Below are positions 8,688 to 17,901 of a DNA stretch of 48,078 nucleotides, in pieces. This DNA is from Gemmatimonadota bacterium (GTDB lineage Bacteria; Gemmatimonadota; Gemmatimonadetes; Longimicrobiales; Gaopeijiaceae). The notes under the pieces were generated by a model. The model did not search any database. It was not told the origin of the DNA and saw only the letters and a program-made list of their open reading frames with translations. Where the stretch lies: positions 1-48,078 of the forward strand of contig JASFUL010000001.1 of assembly GCA_050050315.1 (NCBI GenBank). The letters are read 5' to 3'. Both the position numbers and the translations under genes were made by a program. How positions within the stretch are numbered: position 1 is the first letter of the stretch; every line of letters begins with the position of its first letter.

Positions 8688-8956
8688 ATCGACTTGAAGC
8701 GCAGCGCGGCCACGAGGCGGCACGCCTCGCACTCTCCCGCCAGATCCTCGGGCCGCACCGGGTCGGCGCACACCTCGAAGCCGAGCTCGCGGTAGAGATC
8801 CATCGCCTCCTCCGCCCGCGCGGCGTCGGCGATGAAGCGCCGCGTCCAGCCCGCCGCGATGCGCTCGGGGTCGGGCCGGATGGCCGCCTCGGAGACCGCC
8901 CGGTGGGCCTCCAGGCGGACCAGCGGTCCCAGGGTGCGGGCGACGTCCTCGTCCAC
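8651..8956 (-). CDS. Hypothetical 101-aa protein, last gene of the benzoyl-CoA reductase operon
   Basis: GTG start with GGGGAGAG about 8 nt upstream, 21 nt after the stop of the preceding ATPase gene. Third-position GC is very high throughout. It has three Cys (EVC, CEAC). I recognise no family. Confidence 0.55.
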   Translation of the reverse strand: MDEDVARTLGPLVRLEAHRAVSEAAIRPDPERIAAGWTRRFIADAARAEEAMDLYRELGFEVCADPVRPEDLAGECEACRLVAALRFKSIYTRRPGEASGG

Positions 8957-8977
8957 GACCGCGCTCTCCCCGGCCGG

Positions 8978-9823
8978 CTACGCCGTCGCGACCCGGCCGG
9001 TGGCCGCGTCCGGATCCGCCCGGAGCTTGCGCAGCCGCTGCCGGGCCAGCCACGCGGCGCCCAGAGCCGGGGTGAACTGGACCATGTCGCCCTCCGGTAC
9101 GTTCACCTCGGCCCCCAGCTCCCGGCGGATCACGTCGATCATCCGCTCGAAGCGGAGGATCCCGCCGATGAGCGTGAACTCGGGCTCCATCCGCACCCGC
9201 TTCATGAGCTGCACGGAACGCCCCACCAGTGACACGATGGCGCCGTGCATGATGTCCGCGGGGGCCGCCCCCTGGGAGAGGTGGTTGATGACCTCGGACT
9301 CGGCGAAGACGGCGCACACCCCCGAGATCGACACGGGCTCCTTGGAGGTCGCCACGAGCGGGCCGATCTCCTCGGTCTCGTAGCCCATGTAGCGGGCCGT
9401 CTTCTCGAGGAACGCCCCCGTTCCGGCGGCGCACTTGTCGTTCAGCCTGAAGGACTGCACCCGGGCCCCCTCGCCCAGGCGTGTGGCCTTCATGGTCTGT
9501 CCACCCACGTCCAGGATGGTCTCGGTCCCGGGGAAGAGGAGCGAGGCCCCCCGGGCCGCCGCGGTGAGGGAGGTGACGTGGAGGTCGCACGTCTCCACCT
9601 GGTGCCGGCCGAAGCCCGTGGCGATGGCGTACGCCACGTCGTCGAGGTCGAGGCCGGCTCCCGAGACGGCGGCCTCGAGCGCCTGCTGGCCCACCTCGGC
9701 CAGACGGAAGCCCGTCGGCTTCATGCACCGCCCCACCACCTCGCCGTCGCCGTCCATCACGAGCGCCTTGGTGTACGTCGACCCCACGTCGATCCCGGCC
9801 GTGTGCGTCCCGTGCGCGTTCAC
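8978..9823 (-). CDS. Benzoyl-CoA reductase ATPase subunit (BcrA/BzdQ-like; BcrAD_BadFG/HgdC family)
   Basis: I take the internal GTG 9823, which overlaps the upstream stop (GTGA). Motifs: [61 protein letters not shown]. Confidence 0.85.
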   Translation of the reverse strand: MNAHGTHTAGIDVGSTYTKALVMDGDGEVVGRCMKPTGFRLAEVGQQALEAAVSGAGLDLDDVAYAIATGFGRHQVETCDLHVTSLTAAARGASLLFPGTETILDVGGQTMKATRLGEGARVQSFRLNDKCAAGTGAFLEKTARYMGYETEEIGPLVATSKEPVSISGVCAVFAESEVINHLSQGAAPADIMHGAIVSLVGRSVQLMKRVRMEPEFTLIGGILRFERMIDVIRRELGAEVNVPEGDMVQFTPALGAAWLARQRLRKLRADPDAATGRVATA

Positions 9824-10662
9824 GCGGCACCTCCCGGGCCGGCGTCCGATCCGGCGCGTCCCGCGGAGGCCGGGACGCGGGCGGCGAGGACGTGGTCCAG
9901 CGCGAAGAGCGCGGCGCCCAGGGCCCCCATGTAGTGGGACTCCTCGCTCACGTTGAGCGGCACGCCCAGGCGTTCCTGGAGGGTCGCGATCATCGCCGTG
10001 TTGCGGGCCACCCCGCCGGTGAACGTGACCTCCTCCTCGACGCCGACCCGACGCAGCAGCCCCGCCGAGCGCGCCGCGATGGACTGGTGCACGCCCAGCA
10101 GGATGTCCTCGATCTTCTTGCCCTTGCCGAGCCAGGACAGCACTTCCGACTCCGCGAACACCGTGCACGTCGTGCTGATCTTGACCGGCCGCTCGCCCTC
10201 CAGCGCGGTGGGTCCGAGCCGGTCGAGGGGGATGTCGAGGGCCCTCGAGGCGGCCCCGAGGAAGCGTCCCGTGCCCGCGGCGCACTTGTCGTTCATGCAG
10301 AAGTCGAGGATCTCGCCCGCGGGCGACACGGAGATGGCCTTGGTGTCCTGGCCCCCCATGTCCACGACCGTGCGCGTGCGGGGGAACATGTGGGCCGCGC
10401 CCCGGCCGTGGCAGGAGATCTCGGTCACCTGGGTGTTGCCGAAAGTCACCTTGTAGCGGCCGTAGCCCGTGCCCACGACGTATTCGACCTCCTCCTCCTG
10501 GAGGTTCCCGGTCCGCAGCGCCTCCTCGAAGGCGCTCTCCGCCGCCCGGATCACGTTGGCGCCGGTCTCCACCAGGGCCCGGGCCGTGATGGCCCGATCC
10601 TCCCCGATGATCACGGCCTTGGTCTGGGTCGATCCGACGTCGACGCCGGCTGCGTATGCCAT
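9820..10662 (-). CDS. Benzoyl-CoA reductase ATPase subunit (BcrD/BzdP-like; HgdC-type activase fold)
   Basis: 280 aa with GGGAGGAG upstream of the ATG. Motifs: [80 protein letters not shown]. Confidence 0.85.
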   Translation of the reverse strand: MAYAAGVDVGSTQTKAVIIGEDRAITARALVETGANVIRAAESAFEEALRTGNLQEEEVEYVVGTGYGRYKVTFGNTQVTEISCHGRGAAHMFPRTRTVVDMGGQDTKAISVSPAGEILDFCMNDKCAAGTGRFLGAASRALDIPLDRLGPTALEGERPVKISTTCTVFAESEVLSWLGKGKKIEDILLGVHQSIAARSAGLLRRVGVEEEVTFTGGVARNTAMIATLQERLGVPLNVSEESHYMGALGAALFALDHVLAARVPASAGRAGSDAGPGGAA

Positions 10663-10708
10663 CTCTCTCCTCCCTCGAACGACGGGTGTGACGCGGGTGC
10701 TCGTGGCG

Positions 10709-12061
10709 TTACGGCGACGGGGCCTCTCCGGCCGCGGTGGGGCCGGGGGCCTCCGCCGTGGCCGGACGCACCGCGGCCTGGGCGCGGCGGGACGCCAGAC
10801 CCTCGAAGAACGCGTCGATCCGGTTCTTCAGCTGGGCCTCCGACACGACGCGGCGGTCCATCATGTCCGACTCGATGAAGAGCGACGCCACGTCCCCCCG
10901 GTCCATGAGGGCCCGCCGGTTGTCGGCGAGCCCCGTGGAGACCGTGCGGCAGCTCTTGATCGGGTGGTAGACGACGCCGTCGGCCGAGAAATCGTCCAGC
11001 ATGGCGAGGAGGGCGTCGGTCTGGAAGAACATGCTGTCCATGGCGTCGCGGACGCTGAGCAGCAGACCCTCGGCCAGGCTCTCCAGGGGTCGCTCCAGGT
11101 CGTACTGGAAGCCCGCGTTCGTGCCTCCCGACGCGAACCACAGATAGGTCGAGTTCACGAACGCGCCGCCCCACTCCGCGAAGAGCTCGCCGAAGCGCCG
11201 GAAGATCGGGTAGCAGGGGACACCTACGAAGATCAGCCGGTACAGCTCCTCCGTGAGGGTCCCGATCCCGTGGTCGCGCTTGTACTCCATCTCCTCGACC
11301 AGCTCCTCGAAGTACGCCGCCCCCTCGGGACTCCCCCGCAGGGTGTTGGCCACGCCCAGGTAGATCGTGCCGTCGGTGAGTGCGTTGAAGAGCGCCGGGA
11401 CGGCCCGGTTGAGCTCGAGGACGCGCTTCCAGCAGCGGCTCATGGTGTTGGCGTGTTCCATCGACTCCCGGAGCCGGTCGATGTCGAAGGCCGTTCCGCT
11501 CACGTCCTCGAGGACCGGGATCAGCTCGCGGAGCTGGGCCAGCACGTACCGCCGGTCGTTCTCGAAGTCCGGGTGCCCCGGCCCGGGGTGGAGCCCGGCC
11601 TGCCGGCTGCCCGGCACGTCGAGGGTGAAGGTCGGGGCGCCGTGCATGCGCTCCCAGATCTCCGCCCACTTGATGTAGGTGTTGCAGGCGTTGGTGTTGA
11701 CGGCGATCGCGGGCGGGGGGACGCGGCCCATGGGCAGCCTCCCCCCCCGGAGCTGGGTCGCCACGTCGGCCTTCACGTACCCGCAGATGTCGGGAGAGTA
11801 GCCGTAGTCCTCGGCCTCGTTCAGGTACTCGTGCGCCACGTGGCGCACCGCCGTCTGGAGCGAGTTGATCTCGGGGAAGACCACGGGCAGGTCGAAGCAG
11901 CGGATGAGCTCCGCCAGGCTGCCCATGACGAAGACGTACGCCCCTCCCCCGCCTTCCTCGGCGGTGCGGGTGAGGTCTGCGAACCACTCCCGGAAGAGCC
12001 GCGCCCCTTCGGCGTTTCCCCTTCCCACGAGGTCCGTCGTGGTCGCTGTCGTTCCACCCAT
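10709..12061 (-). CDS. Benzoyl-CoA reductase subunit B-like (BcrB/BadE/BzdO; 2-hydroxyacyl-CoA dehydratase family)
   Basis: 450 aa. HgdB/BcrB-type features are present ([60 protein letters not shown]). It is a paralogue of the preceding gene. Confidence 0.85.
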   Translation of the reverse strand: MGGTTATTTDLVGRGNAEGARLFREWFADLTRTAEEGGGGAYVFVMGSLAELIRCFDLPVVFPEINSLQTAVRHVAHEYLNEAEDYGYSPDICGYVKADVATQLRGGRLPMGRVPPPAIAVNTNACNTYIKWAEIWERMHGAPTFTLDVPGSRQAGLHPGPGHPDFENDRRYVLAQLRELIPVLEDVSGTAFDIDRLRESMEHANTMSRCWKRVLELNRAVPALFNALTDGTIYLGVANTLRGSPEGAAYFEELVEEMEYKRDHGIGTLTEELYRLIFVGVPCYPIFRRFGELFAEWGGAFVNSTYLWFASGGTNAGFQYDLERPLESLAEGLLLSVRDAMDSMFFQTDALLAMLDDFSADGVVYHPIKSCRTVSTGLADNRRALMDRGDVASLFIESDMMDRRVVSEAQLKNRIDAFFEGLASRRAQAAVRPATAEAPGPTAAGEAPSP

Positions 12062-12125
12062 CGGTGTCCCCCCGGTCGGTCGAGCGTCGGGGCCGCCGGC
12101 GCGCCGGCGGCTCGCGCGACGCGTC

Positions 12126-13298
12126 TCAGTCGAACATCAGGTTCTCGACGAAGGTCTCGAGCTGGATCTCGAGGTGGTCGAAGCTCGTCATGTTCTCCTC
12201 GAACTCGCTGACGAAGTACGGCACCCCGGCGTCGTCCAGGCTCCGCGTGTACGTCACCTGCTCCTCGAGCCCGGGCTCGCACATCTTGGCGGCGGTGACC
12301 ACGGCCGCCTCGGCGCCGGACGCCCGGACGCGCTCGAGCAACATGGCCTCCTTGGGCTTGCGGAGGTCGTGCTGGACCGGCGAGTAGCTGGAGCTCTCGA
12401 GATACGCCGTGGCCAGGGCCAGCAGGGGATCGTCGGCGTCGACGGGCACGTCCTCCAGGATCCAGCGCATCCCGATCATGAGGTCGTCGTCCACGACGTA
12501 GCAGGAGCGCGAGATCGCCCGGATCAGGTCCAGGGGCGGCTGCTCGCAGAAGCCCCCCTCGAAGACGACGCGAATCCGGTCGAGCCGGCGGGCGTCGCGG
12601 GCCTCGACGAGGGGGAGCGCCGTAGCCAGGAGCTCGTTGTGCTCCTCCCGCGGGACGAGGCCCCCGACCGCCGTGAGGACGTACGCCTCGTCGGCGGGGA
12701 GCAGCCACGGCGTGTCCCGCCGTATGCGGTACAGCTCGCGCAGGAGCGCGCGGTTCCGGTTGTACACGCCGAGGGAGCGGCGCAGCCCCTCGTCCGTGAC
12801 CTCGCCTCCGGTGGCCTCCTCCACGGTGCGACGGAGGCGGTCGTACTCGCCCCGGAGGTACGTCGGGGCCGAGGGCGAGTTGGCGTTCTGCGGGAGGTAG
12901 AGGATCTGGCAGGGGTACTCGAAGTTGCGCCCGAAGATACCCGCCAGGTTCCGGGCGGCGTCGCAGATGGGGTGCGTCACGAACAGGTCGAGCTCCACCC
13001 GGCCGCTCAGCGCCAGCTCCAGCGAGGTCTTGAGGATGCTGCAGAGGTAGGAGCCGAAGTGGGAGTCGGCCCGCGTGGGCTCCAGGGGCGCTCCGCGCAA
13101 GCGGAAGGGCAGGGCTCCCGCGGCGTGGACGATCTCCTCGGGGAAGTACACCTGGAAGTGTCCCACCACCGCGCCTCCCGCCTCCCGCCAGCGCCGCACG
13201 GTGGGGAAGTCCATGTCCTCCAGCAGCTCCCGGCAGGCGCCGAGGAGTCCCTCCAGGTCCCGGTCCCTCCACTCCGGGAAGACCTCCGGGGCGCTCAT
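12126..13298 (-). CDS. Benzoyl-CoA reductase subunit C-like (BcrC/BadD/BzdN; 2-hydroxyacyl-CoA dehydratase family)
   Basis: I take the internal ATG 13298, which overlaps the stop of the upstream crotonase (ATGA). 390 aa. Motifs: VVGHFQVYFPEEIVHAAGALPF, SYLCSILK, HPICDAARNL, VTAAKMCEPGLEE. Confidence 0.85.
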   Translation of the reverse strand: MSAPEVFPEWRDRDLEGLLGACRELLEDMDFPTVRRWREAGGAVVGHFQVYFPEEIVHAAGALPFRLRGAPLEPTRADSHFGSYLCSILKTSLELALSGRVELDLFVTHPICDAARNLAGIFGRNFEYPCQILYLPQNANSPSAPTYLRGEYDRLRRTVEEATGGEVTDEGLRRSLGVYNRNRALLRELYRIRRDTPWLLPADEAYVLTAVGGLVPREEHNELLATALPLVEARDARRLDRIRVVFEGGFCEQPPLDLIRAISRSCYVVDDDLMIGMRWILEDVPVDADDPLLALATAYLESSSYSPVQHDLRKPKEAMLLERVRASGAEAAVVTAAKMCEPGLEEQVTYTRSLDDAGVPYFVSEFEENMTSFDHLEIQLETFVENLMFD

Positions 13299-14050
13299 CG
13301 GTCGCTCCACTCGGGAGAGCGCTTCTCGACGAACGCCTTCAGCCCCTCCACCGCGTCGGCCGTCTGCATGAGCTCCTCCTGGTAGATCCTGGCGGCCCGG
13401 TCGAGGGCCTCGTCGAGGCCGGGGGCCGCGGCCCGCAGGGCCTTTTTCGTGGCCCGGAGCGACGCCCCGCTGTGACGGGCGATCCGTCCCGCCACCGCCC
13501 GGGCCCGAGCCTCGACCTGGTCGTCGGGCACGACCTCCCGGACCAGCCCCACGTCGAGCGCGGCGCCGGCGTCGAGGGGGTCGCCGGTGAACAGGAGCGC
13601 GGCGGCCGGGCCCGGCGCCACCATGCGGGGGAGGAAGGCGCACGCGGCCGGCGGGAGGACGCCCAGGACGATCTCGGGGACGCCCAGCACCGCTCCTTCG
13701 CCCGCGATCAGCAGGTCGGCGCAGGTGGCGAGCTCGAACCCACCCCCGAGACAGCGCCCGCGCACGGCCGCGACCACCGGGAGGGGGAAGTGGTGGAGGG
13801 CCCGCACGGTGTCCATGAACTCGGGGATCATCCGCTCGTGCTCCGGGGGGAGGTGCTCCTCCACGGACGCGCCGGCGGAGAAGTGCTTCCCCTCGGCCCG
13901 CAGCACCAGGACGCGGAGCCCGGGATCGGCCGCCAGGGCCGCGAGCTCCTCGCGGATCCGCCCCATCACGTCCCGCGTGAGGATGTTCAGGGGCGGGGCG
14001 TCCAGCACCAGCTCGCCGACGCCGCGCTCCACGTTGCTCGTCACGCTCAT
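13295..14050 (-). CDS. Enoyl-CoA hydratase/isomerase family, probable cyclohexa-1,5-dienecarbonyl-CoA hydratase (Dch/BzdW-like)
   Basis: 251 aa with a crotonase fold (VLVLRAEGKHFSAGASVEEH, VAAVRGRCLGGGFELATCADL). AGGAGG lies upstream of the ATG. The Dch assignment rests on context within the BCR/had/oah cluster. Confidence 0.8.
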   Translation of the reverse strand: MSVTSNVERGVGELVLDAPPLNILTRDVMGRIREELAALAADPGLRVLVLRAEGKHFSAGASVEEHLPPEHERMIPEFMDTVRALHHFPLPVVAAVRGRCLGGGFELATCADLLIAGEGAVLGVPEIVLGVLPPAACAFLPRMVAPGPAAALLFTGDPLDAGAALDVGLVREVVPDDQVEARARAVAGRIARHSGASLRATKKALRAAAPGLDEALDRAARIYQEELMQTADAVEGLKAFVEKRSPEWSDR

Positions 14051-14078
14051 CTCGTCCTCCTTCCTCCGTACGTCCTCG

Positions 14079-14825
14079 TCACATGCGCTGCCCGCCGTCC
14101 ACCCGCAGCACCTCCCCCGTCACGTGGCGGGCTCCCTCGGAGCACAGGAACGCGACCGCGGCCGCCACGTCCGACGGCTCGGCCAGCCGCCCGAGCACCG
14201 TCTCCGCCACGGCGGCCCGGACGAACTCCTCGGGCAGGGACGCGGTCATCTTCGTCCGGACCATCCCGGGGGCCACCACGTTGACGGTCACCCCCTTCGG
14301 CCCGAGCTCCCGGGCCAGCGTCTTCGCGAGCCCGATCATGCCGGCCTTGGACGCCGCGTAGTTGGCCTGCCCGAACTTGCCCCGGAGCCCGTTGATGGAG
14401 CTCACGGCGACGACGCGCCCCCATTCCGCCTCCCGCATCAAGGGGGCGACGGCCCGGGCCCACGCGAAGAACCCCTTGAGGTTCACGTCCAGCACGTCGT
14501 CCCACTCGGCCTCGCTCATCTTCCACGAGGCGCGGTCGCGGGCGATCCCCGCGTTGCTCACCAGGACATCGAGCCGTCCCAGCCTCTCCCGGACCTCCCG
14601 GACCACCGCGCCGGCCCGGTCGAGGTCCCGGACGTCGGCCACGTGCGTCGTGCAGCGGTGGCCCATCGCCTCGATCCCGCTGGCCACGTCCCGCATCCCC
14701 TCTACCAACCGATCCACCAGCGCCACGTCGCATCCCTCCGCCGCCAGGGCCCGCGCGACCTCGGCGCCGATACCCCCGCCGGCCCCCGTCACGAGGGCGA
14801 CCCTTCCCGCCAGTCCGGAGTCCAC
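14079..14825 (-). CDS. Short-chain dehydrogenase/reductase (FabG-like 3-oxo/3-hydroxyacyl reductase)
   Basis: GTG start with GGGAGAG upstream. Motifs: TGAGGGIG Rossmann, NAGI, and the catalytic S..YAASK motif (SSINGLRGKFGQANYAASKAG). Confidence 0.85.
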   Translation of the reverse strand: MDSGLAGRVALVTGAGGGIGAEVARALAAEGCDVALVDRLVEGMRDVASGIEAMGHRCTTHVADVRDLDRAGAVVREVRERLGRLDVLVSNAGIARDRASWKMSEAEWDDVLDVNLKGFFAWARAVAPLMREAEWGRVVAVSSINGLRGKFGQANYAASKAGMIGLAKTLARELGPKGVTVNVVAPGMVRTKMTASLPEEFVRAAVAETVLGRLAEPSDVAAAVAFLCSEGARHVTGEVLRVDGGQRM

Positions 14826-14848
14826 CGTCGCTCTCCCGGCTCCGGGCC

Positions 14849-16036
14849 TCAGCCGCCGTCACCCGTGCGGTACTGGGGCGAGACGGCGCGGACGAGGTCG
14901 TCGTTCCACGGGTGCCCGTCGGCCAGCATCTGGCGGAGCTTCACGAAGTCCACCTCCCGGTCGCCCTTGGGGCCCTCGTTGAAGGCCCGGAAGCCGGCCA
15001 GCGCCTCGGTCATCATGTTGAGCGACAGCCACTCCCGGTTGGAGACGTTGTTGACGTCCCAGATCCACTGCTTGTGCTTGCGCAGGGAGTTGACGGTCTT
15101 GGAGGTGCAGTCGGGCATCAGCATGAGGATGCGGGTGCAGAGCGCGTCCACCGCCTCGTCCAGGCGCGACAGGTCGGTCTCGCAGCGCGCCCGGAGCGCC
15201 TTCGCCTCGTCCCGGTCGGCGCCGGTCTTGAGGTCGCCGTACACGACCTTGCCGAAATCGTCGAGGAAGCGGTCGGTGACCACCGTGGGGTCCGGGATCC
15301 ACCGGCCGTCGAGCTTGAGTGCGGGCACGACCTCGTTGAGCAGGCCGTAGTGCAGGGCCTTGTGGGCGGACCACATGTCGCAGAGGACGCCGCTCTCCAT
15401 GGCCCGGGAGAAGCCGACGTACAGCGGCAGGAAGTCGGTGGAGCCTCCGTCCGGGGCCGACCCGTGCTTCGGTCCGGCCTGGCCGAAGCGCGCCGTATCC
15501 ACCGCGACGGAGAAGTCGCACGCCATTCCGATCTCCTGGCCCCCGGCGATCCGCATGCCGTTGACCCGGTTGATCACCGGCTTGTCGCACCGCAGGATGG
15601 CGTCGATCATGTCGTTGAAGAGCCGCATGTACTGCTTGTATTCCTGCGGATTGCCGGCGTAGTACTCGGCGTACTCCTTGGTATTGCCCCCGGTGCAGAA
15701 GGCCCGGTCTCCCACCGCCGTGAAGACGACGGTCACCACGCGCCGGTCCATGCTCGCCTGCCGGAAGGCCAGGATCACCTCCTTCACCGCGTCGGTGGTG
15801 TAGCTGTTGTACTGGGAGGGGTTGTTCAGCGCGATCCAGGCGTTGTAGAGCCCTTCGGCCTCGTTTCCGGCGGGATCGAGGACGGGCCTCAGCTCGTAGA
15901 GGATCTCCGTGAAGCCCTCGGTCGAGCGCTCGGGAACGAGGGTGTGGCTGCGGAGGTGGGGGGGCGGCCCGGCAGGTGGTTCCTGGGACCGGGGCGTCCC
16001 TTCGGTGCGGGTGTCGACGGTCTCGGTCGTGGTCAT
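14849..16036 (-). CDS. oah: 6-oxocyclohex-1-ene-1-carbonyl-CoA hydrolase-like ring-opening enzyme (Oah/BamA/BzdY-like)
   Basis: 395 aa. The crotonase core (VVFTAVGDRAFCTGGN, INRVNGMRIAGGQEIGMACDFSV) carries the long C-terminal extension typical of Oah/BamA (TSKTVNSLRKHKQWIWD..NREWLSLNMMTEALAGFRAFNEG). Confidence 0.85.
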   Translation of the reverse strand: MTTTETVDTRTEGTPRSQEPPAGPPPHLRSHTLVPERSTEGFTEILYELRPVLDPAGNEAEGLYNAWIALNNPSQYNSYTTDAVKEVILAFRQASMDRRVVTVVFTAVGDRAFCTGGNTKEYAEYYAGNPQEYKQYMRLFNDMIDAILRCDKPVINRVNGMRIAGGQEIGMACDFSVAVDTARFGQAGPKHGSAPDGGSTDFLPLYVGFSRAMESGVLCDMWSAHKALHYGLLNEVVPALKLDGRWIPDPTVVTDRFLDDFGKVVYGDLKTGADRDEAKALRARCETDLSRLDEAVDALCTRILMLMPDCTSKTVNSLRKHKQWIWDVNNVSNREWLSLNMMTEALAGFRAFNEGPKGDREVDFVKLRQMLADGHPWNDDLVRAVSPQYRTGDGG

Positions 16037-16124
16037 GGTCTCTCTCCGCTGTCTCGATGTGCCGCCCGGGGCGGCGGTCCGGCTCCATTGCGGTCCCGGG
16101 CGTCCGGCCCGGGACGTTCGTGCG

Positions 16125-17174
16125 TCAGGCTTCGGGTACGAGGATGGCCCGCCGCTCCAGCTCGTGGTCGGCCACCCGGCGGAGGATCTCCGCGCCCTCG
16201 TCGAGGGAATGTCGCTCGACGAAGGGCTCCAGCGTGATGCGTCCGTCGGTCACCATCCGCAGGGCGTCGGGATACAGATCGGGCAGGCATCCCCACGTGC
16301 CCTGGGCGGTCGCGTCCAGCGCCATCAGGTTGCTCAGGCGCACCCCCACCTTCGCCAGCGTGAAGCCCACGACCATCAGCGTGGACGCGTGGGTCAGCAG
16401 GCCCCACGCGGTGGTCTGGCCCTCGGGGTGGCCCGAGCACTCGAAGATCTTCCAGCGGGTCGACGGACACCCGCCTTCGAAGGCGGCCTTGCGGACCGCC
16501 GCCTTGATACTCCGGAAGTCCAGCGCGGACGCGTTCAGCGTGACGTTCGCCCCCCGGTCCTCCACGGCCGCGAGGCGGTCGGGCTCGACGTCGATGGCGA
16601 CGACGTGGGCGCCGAGGGCCCGGGCGATCTGGACGGCGTGGGTGCCCACGCCTCCGACGCCCACCACCACGGCGAGCTCGCCCGGGCCGAGGCCGCTCCG
16701 GACGATCGCCTGGTAGGGCGTGGTCACCGCGTCGGCCACGACCGAGAGATCGGCCAGGTCGTAGCCCCCCAGGTCGTCCACCGGGCAGAGTCCCCGGGCG
16801 GGGACGACGACGCACTCCGCGAAGCCTCCGTCGATGTCGTTGCCCGGCATGACCTGGGCCTGGCACGCGTTGCCCCGTCCCGCGCGACACAGGTCGCACT
16901 CCCCGCACGGGATTACGGCGGGGACGATCACCTCCCGTCCGACGAGGGTCTCGGCCCCAGGGCCCGCCGCGTCGACGGTCCCCGCGATCTCGTGGCCGAG
17001 GGTGAGGGGAAGGTCCTTCCGGGTGGGTACCCCGTCCTTCCAGAAACCCACGTCCGTGTGGCACACACCACAGCCCGCGACCTTCACGCGGACCTGGTCT
17101 TCCCCCGGCTCGGGCACCGGCACGTCCCGGAGCTCGAGGGGCTCGCCCTGGGCAACGAGCTGGAGGGCCTTCAT
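16125..17174 (-). CDS. had: Zn-dependent MDR alcohol dehydrogenase, probable 6-hydroxycyclohex-1-ene-1-carbonyl-CoA dehydrogenase (Had/BzdX-like)
   Basis: I take the internal ATG 17174 (MKALQLV). Motifs: CGVCHTD, GHEIAG, CGECDLCRAGRGNAC, VVVGVGGVGTHAVQIA. It is adjacent to oah. Confidence 0.85.
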   Translation of the reverse strand: MKALQLVAQGEPLELRDVPVPEPGEDQVRVKVAGCGVCHTDVGFWKDGVPTRKDLPLTLGHEIAGTVDAAGPGAETLVGREVIVPAVIPCGECDLCRAGRGNACQAQVMPGNDIDGGFAECVVVPARGLCPVDDLGGYDLADLSVVADAVTTPYQAIVRSGLGPGELAVVVGVGGVGTHAVQIARALGAHVVAIDVEPDRLAAVEDRGANVTLNASALDFRSIKAAVRKAAFEGGCPSTRWKIFECSGHPEGQTTAWGLLTHASTLMVVGFTLAKVGVRLSNLMALDATAQGTWGCLPDLYPDALRMVTDGRITLEPFVERHSLDEGAEILRRVADHELERRAILVPEA

Positions 17175-17247
17175 GGTCGGCTCCGTGTGTTGAGGCCGTC
17201 CGTTCGGGGACGGCGTCCGGCGGCCCCCACGGGCCGCGTGTCCCCGC

Positions 17248-17859
17248 TCAGGCGGCGAGTCCACCGAGCAGGTGTTCGGCGAAGCGCCGGCCCAGCTCGT
17301 CGGGCTCCGTGCTCCCTCCGGGCCGGTACCAGCGCGCGATCCAGTTGATGGCTCCCAGGATCACGAAGACGGAGGTCTTCGGGTCCACCTTCCGGAAGAC
17401 CCCCGACTCCGTGCCTCGCGCGATGATCCCGCGCAGCGTGTGCTCGTATCTATCGCGACCCGCGATGACCTCCGCCCGCCGCTCGGGCGGCAGGCTCGGG
17501 ACCTCGAACGCCAGGGGGGACCCCTCCAGCGTGTCGGTCATGACGCGGACGTGCTCGCGGATGATGTAGGTGAGGCGCTCGAGGGGATCCTCGCAGCACT
17601 GCTCGGACTCCTCGATGATGCGGTCCAGCTCGGCCAGGGACTCCCGGTGGCACGCGTAGAGGATGGAGTCCTTGTCGGGGAAGTAGTGGTAGAGGGCGGT
17701 CTTCTGGATGCCCAGGCGGCCCGCGATGTCGTCGAGCGTCGTGGCGTGCCAGCCCTGCTCCCGCACGGCCTCGAGGGCCGCGTGCAGGATCTCACGCCGG
17801 CGCCTGGCGCGCTTCTCGAGAACGCGGGGGGAAAGGGTGGCCGACGTGTCGTCGATCAA
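17248..17859 (-). CDS. TetR/AcrR-family transcriptional regulator
   Basis: HTH motif: REILHAALEAVREQGWHATTLDDIAGRLGIQKTALYHYFPDKDSIL. I prefer TTG 17859 (GGAGG 6 nt upstream). The upstream extension to ATG 17919 has AT-rich third positions and contains the operator palindrome. Confidence 0.85.
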   Translation of the reverse strand: MIDDTSATLSPRVLEKRARRRREILHAALEAVREQGWHATTLDDIAGRLGIQKTALYHYFPDKDSILYACHRESLAELDRIIEESEQCCEDPLERLTYIIREHVRVMTDTLEGSPLAFEVPSLPPERRAEVIAGRDRYEHTLRGIIARGTESGVFRKVDPKTSVFVILGAINWIARWYRPGGSTEPDELGRRFAEHLLGGLAA

Positions 17860-17886
17860 ACGGACACCTCCGAGATTTGAAGGTGT

Positions 17887-17901
17887 GTTCAATATTTGAA
17901 C
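17887..17901. promoter_or_regulatory. Perfect 6-3-6 palindrome GTTCAA-TAT-TTGAAC, putative TetR operator/promoter
   Basis: It lies in the only AT-rich patch of the region, about 28 nt upstream of the TetR TTG start. An extra TTGAA half-site sits at 17877-17881. Confidence 0.45.
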
